DNA of 64,000 nucleotides from an uncultured Blautia sp. (GTDB lineage Bacteria; Bacillota; Clostridia; Lachnospirales; Lachnospiraceae): NCBI GenBank assembly GCA_900551075.1, contig URVB01000011.1, positions 34,752 to 98,751 of the forward strand, read 5' to 3'. Shown piece by piece: positions 57,838 to 64,000 of this stretch (position 1 is its first letter; each line of letters starts with the position of its first letter). The notes under the pieces were generated by a model. It saw only the letters and a program-made list of their open reading frames with translations, ran no database searches and was not told where the DNA came from. The position numbers and the translations under genes were made by a program.

Positions 57838-58887
57838 ATGAGTAAAGGAGAAATGATCATGAAAAAGTTAGCAGTCGGTTTCTTATGTGCGGCACTGGCA
57901 GTTCCAATGATGTCCATTCCGGTTATGGCGGATTCCAAGGAGCTGGTGCTGTTTACCTGGGAGGGTGTATTTCCGCAGGAGGTTTTAGATTCTTTTGAAG
58001 AAGAAACAGGCGTGAAAGTCATCTACTCCAATTTTGATACGGACGAGACGATGCTTGAGAAGCTTTCCATGGCTAAGGGCGGAGACTATGACATTATCGT
58101 CGCAGACGATTATATTCTGGAAACCGTCATTCAGGAAGGTCTGGCCGAAAAGCTGGACAAAGAGAAGCTCACCGGTATTGAGAATATCAATCCCCTGTAT
58201 CAGGGACAGTTCTATGACCCGGATGACGAATATACCATTCCTTATGGGGCAGGAATCCCTCTGATTGTCTACGATCCGGAAATGGTGGATACCGAGATCC
58301 AGGGATATGCGGACCTGTGGGATCCTTCTCTGGAGGACAGCATTGCCTTAATCGGAAATTACCGTGTAATCAACGGCATCACTCAGCTTGCCATGGGCAG
58401 GAGCATGAATGAGGAGGATGTGGACGTCATCAGGGAAACAGGTGAAAAGCTTTTGGAGCTGGCGCCGAATGTCCGTCTGATCCAGGATGATAATACACAG
58501 AATGCACTTCTGAACGGAGAAGCAAGTGTAGGCTTTCTCTATACCTCCCAGGTAACGGCTGCCCTGGCCGAAAATCCCGATCTGACAGTGGTTTATCCAA
58601 AAGAGGGACTCGGTTTTGGAATCATGGGAATGTTTATTCCGGGTGCGGCTCCGAATAAGGAAGCTGCTTATCAGTTTATGGATTATATCTTAAAACCTGA
58701 GATCGCAGCACAGTGTACGGATTTTATCGGATATTACTGCACGAATAAAGCGGCGGAGGATGGTGTAAATCCGGCTCTGGTGGTACCGGATTCCGTAAAG
58801 AGTGCGGAGATCGTTCAGAATGTCAGCCAGGAAGCGGAAGAACAGTACAATAAGAACTGGACGGAGTTTAAGGCTGCCTGCGATTAA
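57838..58887 (+). CDS. potD: spermidine/putrescine-binding lipoprotein/periplasmic-type binding protein
   Basis: Signal peptide MKKLAVGFLCAALAVPMMS. PotD-like fold length. An internal ATG at 57853 or 57859 may be the true start. Confidence 0.7.
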   Translation: MSKGEMIMKKLAVGFLCAALAVPMMSIPVMADSKELVLFTWEGVFPQEVLDSFEEETGVKVIYSNFDTDETMLEKLSMAKGGDYDIIVADDYILETVIQEGLAEKLDKEKLTGIENINPLYQGQFYDPDDEYTIPYGAGIPLIVYDPEMVDTEIQGYADLWDPSLEDSIALIGNYRVINGITQLAMGRSMNEEDVDVIRETGEKLLELAPNVRLIQDDNTQNALLNGEASVGFLYTSQVTAALAENPDLTVVYPKEGLGFGIMGMFIPGAAPNKEAAYQFMDYILKPEIAAQCTDFIGYYCTNKAAEDGVNPALVVPDSVKSAEIVQNVSQEAEEQYNKNWTEFKAACD

Positions 58888-58910
58888 TGGCTACAAGGGG
58901 GAACAAGAAG

Positions 58911-60536
58911 ATGGAAATTTACAAGGGTACAGCAACCTTCTCGGGAATTGCCATCGGTAAAATACTATATTATCACAGAAGCGATTATCAGATACGGCAG
59001 TATCTGGTCAGTGACGTAAAAAAAGAACTGAGGGATTTTAACGAAGCCAGGCTTCAGGTGATCGGGCAGCTTCGGGAATTATATAAGAAAAACGATTCCA
59101 GACAGGAGAGGGAATCCAAGGTTTTTCTGGAGCAGGCGAGACTATTGGAGTCAGGAAGCTTTATCCGTGCTGTGGAGAGCATGATCTCATCAGAAAAGGT
59201 CAATGCTGCTTATGCAGTTATGACGAATCGGGATGAACTGGCTTCTACCTTCCGTAAGCTGGAGGATTCCGCAATCCGTGAGAGAGTATTTCATATCCAG
59301 GAGATTTCCAATCGTCTGATTGCCATTTTAGGCGGGGATTCACCGAGGATCGATCTGGGAGAGGAACCGGTGATTCTGGTAGCAGAGACACTTTCTCCTG
59401 CGGAAATTATGGAAATGGATAAGGAGAAGCTTCTGGCAGTGGTGACACGGCAGGGCTCTTCGGTTTCCCATGCTTCTATAATGGCCAAAACAATGGAGAT
59501 TCCGTCTCTGGTCGATATTGAGACAGACGATGGCTGGGAAGGAATGCAGGCCATTGTAGATGGGTATACGGGTACCTTATATCTGTGTCCGGAGCGAGAG
59601 GTGCTGCGCGAATACGAGATCAGGAGAAGGGCAGATTCCGAAGAACGTGAGGAGCTGCTGAAGCTGAAAAGCGAGAAGGATGAAACCGAAGACGGAAAGG
59701 AAATAGGACTGTATGCAAATATCGGTAATCTGGATGATCTGAACAGTGTTCTGTTTTACGGAGGCTCCGGCATCGGTCTTCTGCGCAGTGAATTTCAATA
59801 TCTTGGAAGAGAAAATTATCCGCGCGAAAATGAGTTGTTCCTGGCTTATAAAAAGGTCGCGGAAACCATGGGGGATAAGCTGGCTGTGATTCGGACCGTG
59901 GATTTGGGCGCTGATAAGCAGGCGGAATATCTGGCGATTCCGGATGAAGCGAATCCGATTATGGGGAACAGGGGAATCCGTTTCTGTCTGGACCGAAAGC
60001 GGATGTTTAAGGCACAGCTCCGGGCGATTTATCGGGCCAGCGCTTATGGGAATCTTGCCATGATGTATCCGATGATCACCTCAGAAGAGGAAATGGATGA
60101 GATCGAGGAGATCATTGCGGAGGTGCAGAACGGACTTATGGAAAAGCAGATTCCTTTTAAGGATATCCATACCGGAATCATGATAGAGACTCCGGCTGCA
60201 GTGATGATCAGCCGTGAGCTGGCTAAAAGGGTGGACTTTCTGAGTCTTGGAACCAATGACCTGACGCAGTATACGCTGGCTATGGACAGACAGAATCCGC
60301 TGCTTAAGAATAAGTACAATGATCACCATCCGGCTGTTTTAAGGATGATACGTCTTGTGGTGGAGGCCGCGCACAAGGAGGGCTGCACAGTCTGTATCTG
60401 CGGTGAGCTTGCAGCAGATACAGCGCTGACGGAGACCTTTCTGCGTATGGGCGTGGATTCTCTGTCTGTGGTTCCGGCGTGCATTCTTCCGGTGCGAAAA
60501 GCACTTCGGAAGACGAATTTGAGCAAAGAGTGCTGA
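58911..60536 (+). CDS. ptsI: phosphoenolpyruvate-protein phosphotransferase (PTS enzyme I)
   Basis: N-terminus GTATFSGIAIGKILYY, phosphohistidine domain block GSSVSHASIMAK, and C-terminal NDLTQYTLAMDRQN. ATG 58911 after AGGGGGAA. Confidence 0.75.
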   Translation: MEIYKGTATFSGIAIGKILYYHRSDYQIRQYLVSDVKKELRDFNEARLQVIGQLRELYKKNDSRQERESKVFLEQARLLESGSFIRAVESMISSEKVNAAYAVMTNRDELASTFRKLEDSAIRERVFHIQEISNRLIAILGGDSPRIDLGEEPVILVAETLSPAEIMEMDKEKLLAVVTRQGSSVSHASIMAKTMEIPSLVDIETDDGWEGMQAIVDGYTGTLYLCPEREVLREYEIRRRADSEEREELLKLKSEKDETEDGKEIGLYANIGNLDDLNSVLFYGGSGIGLLRSEFQYLGRENYPRENELFLAYKKVAETMGDKLAVIRTVDLGADKQAEYLAIPDEANPIMGNRGIRFCLDRKRMFKAQLRAIYRASAYGNLAMMYPMITSEEEMDEIEEIIAEVQNGLMEKQIPFKDIHTGIMIETPAAVMISRELAKRVDFLSLGTNDLTQYTLAMDRQNPLLKNKYNDHHPAVLRMIRLVVEAAHKEGCTVCICGELAADTALTETFLRMGVDSLSVVPACILPVRKALRKTNLSKEC

Positions 60537-60556
60537 TAGAAGAAAAAGGAAGGCAT

Positions 60557-61696
60557 ATGAAGCAGAAAAGCAAAGTAGTTCTTCTTCCCTGTAATACCTA
60601 CAGGGAAGAAACTGTTTATGACAACTTAAAAAAGGGTTTGGAGCTTTTAGGCGGTATCGGAAGCTTTGTAAATAAAAACGAAAAAATTCTTCTGAAACCG
60701 AATCTCCTGAAAAGGGCAGAGGTAGACCGGGCAGTCATTACGCATCCGTCTGTTGTGGGGATGTTTGCCAGAATTTTGCGGGAGGAAGGCTGTCAGAAGA
60801 TCGTGCTTGCAGATTCCTGCGGTACAGGTACGACCAGCAGGGTCATTAAGGGAACCGGTCTGGATGTCTGCCTGGAAAGGCTTAAGATTTCTGTCCTTGA
60901 CTATTCGCAGGGTGTGACTGTGGCTTATCCCCAGGGAATACAGGCGAAGGAATTCGTGATGCCGAAGGAATTTCTGGAGGCCGACTGTGTGATCTCTCTC
61001 TGTAAAATGAAAACCCATGCACTGGAGCGTATCACCGGTGCGGTAAAAAACAGCTATGGTTTTATCTATGGACTGCATAAGGCGAAGGGGCATACCAGGT
61101 ATCCGAGTGCAGACAGCTTTGCCAGGATGCTGGTAGACCTGAATCAGTATGTCAGGCCCAGGCTTTACGTAATGGACGGAATTATGGCTATGGAGGGGAA
61201 CGGACCTGGTTCCGGAGAACCGGTTCCTATGAATGTGCTTCTGATATCTGAAGATCCGGTTGCTCTGGACAGCGTATTCTGCCGCCTGATCCACCTGAAG
61301 CCCCAGATCGTACCGACCAATTATCACGGAGAGAAAATGGGGCTTGGTGTATGGAAGGATGAGGAGATCGAGCTGATCACACCGGAGGGTGTGCTGTCTG
61401 TGGATGAGGCGGTGAAGCGCTACGGAAATCCGGATTTTGATGCAGACAGAAGAATGGTACGCCATGGAATCTGGGAGCGGATGGCAAAGGCTCTGAATCT
61501 TTTTCAGAAGAAGCCGTATATTGAAAAAGACAAATGCATCCGCTGCGGAGTTTGTGTGAAAAGCTGTCCGGTTCCGGAGAAGGCGGTGAAGTTTTCGAGG
61601 GGAGAGGGCCAGCCCCCGCAATATGATTATAAGAAATGCATCCGGTGCTTCTGCTGCCAGGAAATGTGTCCGGAAAAAGCGATCAAGGTCAAATAA
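60557..61696 (+). CDS. DUF362-domain protein with C-terminal 2x[4Fe-4S] ferredoxin domain
   Basis: CIRCGVCVKSCP and CIRCFCCQEMCP. ATG 60557 after AAGGAAGG. Confidence 0.6.
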   Translation: MKQKSKVVLLPCNTYREETVYDNLKKGLELLGGIGSFVNKNEKILLKPNLLKRAEVDRAVITHPSVVGMFARILREEGCQKIVLADSCGTGTTSRVIKGTGLDVCLERLKISVLDYSQGVTVAYPQGIQAKEFVMPKEFLEADCVISLCKMKTHALERITGAVKNSYGFIYGLHKAKGHTRYPSADSFARMLVDLNQYVRPRLYVMDGIMAMEGNGPGSGEPVPMNVLLISEDPVALDSVFCRLIHLKPQIVPTNYHGEKMGLGVWKDEEIELITPEGVLSVDEAVKRYGNPDFDADRRMVRHGIWERMAKALNLFQKKPYIEKDKCIRCGVCVKSCPVPEKAVKFSRGEGQPPQYDYKKCIRCFCCQEMCPEKAIKVK

Positions 61697-61769
61697 AGAA
61701 GATAAAAGGGAAGCATTTGAGTAATGATACTGTCGCAGACAGCTTGCGAAACTGCCTGCGGCATATCTT

Positions 61770-62642
61770 TTATAAATGCAGAAGCTGTGCGGTCTCACGG
61801 ATAAAGTCCGGTGTGGTGCCGCAGCAGCCGCCGATGACAGAAGCTCCGTTTTCCGTGAGTGCCTTCATATGACGGGCGAATTCCGAAGGTCCCATGCTGT
61901 AAACGGCATTGCCCTTGTCATCGATCACAGGCATTCCTGCATTAGGCTTGGCAATGACCGGAACAGATACGCATTCCTTAATGCTGCGTACAACGGAGAC
62001 AAGCTGGTCAGGCCCTACGGAGCAGTTGATACCGACAGCACTGGCACCGGCGCTTTCCAGGGCGACAGATGCTTCCATGGCGTTTCCTCCGCTGAAAATA
62101 CTTCCGTCCGCTTCCACAGTCATCGTGCAGAGGATGGGGAGGGAGCAGACGGTCTGTGCTGCGTCTACGGCGGCGAGGGTTTCGTCAATACTGATCATGG
62201 TTTCTGCAATGATGCAGTCGACACCAGCTTCGCTTAAGAGACGGATCTGTTCACAGTATGTTTCAAAAGCCATGTCGTAGGTGTACTCTCCATCTGCGGA
62301 AATGAATTTGCCTGTCGTTGTGATATCACCGGCAACATAGGCCTTGTTTCCGGCCGCTTCTTTGGCATAGGAGACAAGGGTAAGATTAATTTCTCTGATT
62401 CTGTCTTCCAGGCCGTGCTGGCGGAGACTTAAGCGGTTGCCTCCGAAGGTGGGGGCATAGATGATGCGGCTGCCTGCCTCTACATATGCCCGCTGCAAAT
62501 TCAGGATAATATCTTTATGATCCATGACCCAGGTTTCCGTACAGATGCCTCTTGGCATACCCATTGCCATAAGATTGGAACCGGTGGCTCCATCCAGCAG
62601 CATAATGCTTTGTGTCAGTGTTGAAAATTCTTCTTTTGTCAT
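61770..62642 (-). CDS. homocysteine S-methyltransferase-family protein
   Basis: LLDGATGSNL at the N-terminus and the zinc-site GGCCGTTP at the C-terminus. Confidence 0.75.
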   Translation of the reverse strand: MTKEEFSTLTQSIMLLDGATGSNLMAMGMPRGICTETWVMDHKDIILNLQRAYVEAGSRIIYAPTFGGNRLSLRQHGLEDRIREINLTLVSYAKEAAGNKAYVAGDITTTGKFISADGEYTYDMAFETYCEQIRLLSEAGVDCIIAETMISIDETLAAVDAAQTVCSLPILCTMTVEADGSIFSGGNAMEASVALESAGASAVGINCSVGPDQLVSVVRSIKECVSVPVIAKPNAGMPVIDDKGNAVYSMGPSEFARHMKALTENGASVIGGCCGTTPDFIRETAQLLHL

Positions 62643-62874
62643 AAAGGTTCCTCCTTGTATTTGCTTGTTATAAAATTAACTAATATTGTAGCATAAACCG
62701 ACGGGAAATGATATATCCTTTTGGAATTTACTTGCCATTTTTTCGCAGGTATGATATTTTTAGCATAGAATCTTATTTCGGCAGTTCTGTCTGAAATTTT
62801 CCAAAATACAATTATAATAGAGAAAGACAACAGAATACAAAGGAGAGTAAAACAAATAAGAACGGGAGGCTGTT

Positions 62875-63615
62875 ATGAATTTATTTGATTTTACGTACTG
62901 TGGGAATTATAACCGGCAGATACAGAATCTCTCCAGGATGGTTCCGGAGAAATGGAGTTTTGATGGTACGGATGACAATGGAATTCTGAAAGGATACCTG
63001 GAACATACATTCAAGCGTGTATATGAAGAAAATAAGATCCTGCTGACTAAGGAATATGCAATTTTTAATACGGGATTGTTCAATCACTATTATCAGCCTG
63101 TCTATGCCTACTTTGTGCCGAATCTGGTACCGGACAGGCAGGATTGGTTTCTGGATGGTTTTTATACGGAATATTATCTTTTAAAATCAGGAATCACAAA
63201 TCTTCCGGAAAGGGCAAAATATGTACAAGACCCGTCAGATTTGGTGTTTGATACACAACTGGAGATCATACCGCAGTATGAGCATATCTTCGGGGAGGAA
63301 GAAAACGCGCAGCGTCTTCCGGAAAATGTGCGCAGCAGCAGGATGAAGGTGCAGCTCTTCGATGGGGCGCTCAGGCAGACCAGGAGAATGCTGGAAGCAG
63401 ACTATAAGACTGCGATTCCTCAATATTATAACCATGCCATACAGCTTTTGCTTCCAATCTGTCTGCAGAATCCCGGCCAGCCGGATCTGGCGCTTGCCTG
63501 TGTAAAGACTGCTGATGGAAAGAAATATCTGGGAAGGACATGCCTGACTTTGAAAATGGCGTATCATAACGCCCGTCTTTTGGCGCGTCTCGAGGGAAGC
63601 TGGCTGCATCCTTGA
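62875..63615 (+). CDS. hypothetical protein
   Basis: 246-aa ORF with GGGAGG RBS 6 nt upstream. No motif recognised. Confidence 0.4.
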   Translation: MNLFDFTYCGNYNRQIQNLSRMVPEKWSFDGTDDNGILKGYLEHTFKRVYEENKILLTKEYAIFNTGLFNHYYQPVYAYFVPNLVPDRQDWFLDGFYTEYYLLKSGITNLPERAKYVQDPSDLVFDTQLEIIPQYEHIFGEEENAQRLPENVRSSRMKVQLFDGALRQTRRMLEADYKTAIPQYYNHAIQLLLPICLQNPGQPDLALACVKTADGKKYLGRTCLTLKMAYHNARLLARLEGSWLHP

Positions 63616-63641
63616 CATGTTGAAAAGCTCTTTGCTATAAT
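63612..63641 (+). promoter_or_regulatory. consensus promoter TTGACA-18-TGcTATAAT
   Basis: TTGACA 63612-63617 and TATAAT 63636-63641 with a TG extension, about 40 nt upstream of ATG 63683. Confidence 0.5.
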
Positions 63642-63682
63642 ATTCTGCATCAGCGTGGATGGAAAAGTACGAGGGATGAAAG

Positions 63683-64000
63683 ATGAGAAATCATGGATTG
63701 GATGCGGCAAAGGCAGTTGCCGCTTATTTTGTAATTTTGCTTCATATCCGGTTTCCGGGCAGGACCGGAGAGATTCTGAATGTGCTTGCGAGATTTGCGG
63801 TTCCTTTTTTCTTTATGGTATCGGGGTATTTCTGTTACAGCAGGAATGGGAATATGCTGAGCAGAATGCCGGGCAAGATCATGCACGTGCTGTCTTTGAT
63901 TGCGGTTTCCTATCCGTTTTATTTTGTCTGGCAGTGTATGCAGCGTACGATAGAGGGGAAGGATGTGGAGGCGTGGGCATCCGGGCTTTTGGAACAGGAG
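63683..64000 (+). CDS. acyltransferase-3 family membrane O-acyltransferase, N-terminal fragment (continues off-window)
   Basis: MRNHGLDAAKAVAAYFVILLHIRF...FFMVSGYF is the typical family N-terminus. The reading frame is open to the window end. Confidence 0.55.
   Translation, partial: MRNHGLDAAKAVAAYFVILLHIRFPGRTGEILNVLARFAVPFFFMVSGYFCYSRNGNMLSRMPGKIMHVLSLIAVSYPFYFVWQCMQRTIEGKDVEAWASGLLEQE

Noticed and set aside
60647-61798. 383-aa minus-strand ORF antisense to the DUF362/ferredoxin gene
   Set aside because: Antisense to a gene with clear Fe-S motifs. Arg/His/Leu-rich composition. No start context.
62643-62874. SAM (S-box) or T-box riboswitch in the roughly 190-nt leader of the minus-strand homocysteine methyltransferase
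   Set aside because: I reverse-complemented the region and looked for S-box blocks (GAGGGA, GGCCC, CCC.GCAACC) and the T-box motif (GGGTGGNACCGCG). None were present. Only an RBS and a TTGTAT-18-TATAAT promoter were seen.

Overview
The window is a low-GC Firmicute (Clostridia-like) chromosomal segment. It is dominated by a roughly 48-kb AT-rich biosynthetic island at about 1.37-49.8 kb, sitting between GC-richer housekeeping genes. The left flank carries a glgB 3' end, tRNA-Thr and a YmaF-like gene. The right flank carries nadB-nadC-nadA, an M20 amidohydrolase, potABCD, ptsI, a DUF362/ferredoxin protein, a homocysteine S-methyltransferase (minus strand), a hypothetical protein and an acyltransferase-3 fragment.

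The island opens with a divergent regulatory module. An AgrC-type histidine kinase, a LytTR response regulator and an XRE regulator lie on the minus strand. They face a second LytTR regulator that is preceded by three phased 20-bp direct repeats and a TTGACA-16-TATTAT promoter. From there, about 38 kb of co-directional, often start/stop-overlapping genes follow. They encode:
- an ACP and a glycosyltransferase;
- an alpha/beta hydrolase and an O-methyltransferase;
- three alkaline-phosphatase-superfamily (NPP-type) paralogues;
- a carbamoyltransferase split into two ORFs in swapped order;
- an SDR reductase;
- CysD/CysN sulfate adenylyltransferase;
- an acyl-AMP ligase;
- a full aminoshikimate/AHBA-like gene set (Gfo/Idh/MocA oxidoreductase, ROK kinase, type II dehydroquinase, AHBA-synthase-like DegT aminotransferase, HAD phosphatase, DAHP synthase, DHQ-synthase-like cyclase);
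- a PIG-L deacetylase;
- three radical SAM enzymes, one fused to the HAD phosphatase and one B12-binding;
- two condensation-domain-free NRPS A-T didomains;
- a standalone PCP;
- three Cys/His papain-fold BtrH-like candidates;
- a KASIII-like enzyme, a prephenate-dehydratase-like protein and ACAD plus EtfBA.

A minus-strand VOC (bleomycin/mitomycin-resistance-type) gene follows the main operon. A second sub-operon then encodes a cupin-like protein, a ThDP enzyme, metK, a VOC epimerase, the DHQS-like cyclase and an Sfp-type PPTase.

Most interesting is that this gene content reproduces the logic of AHBA-derived, carbamoylated, aminosugar-linked metabolites, which is mitomycin-like early chemistry. 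It does so in an anaerobe-type low-GC genome, with unusual additions: an HAD-rSAM fusion, a permuted carbamoyltransferase, sulfate activation with triplicated NPP-like enzymes, and agr-like regulation.

All family assignments come from motifs read by eye. No database searches were run.
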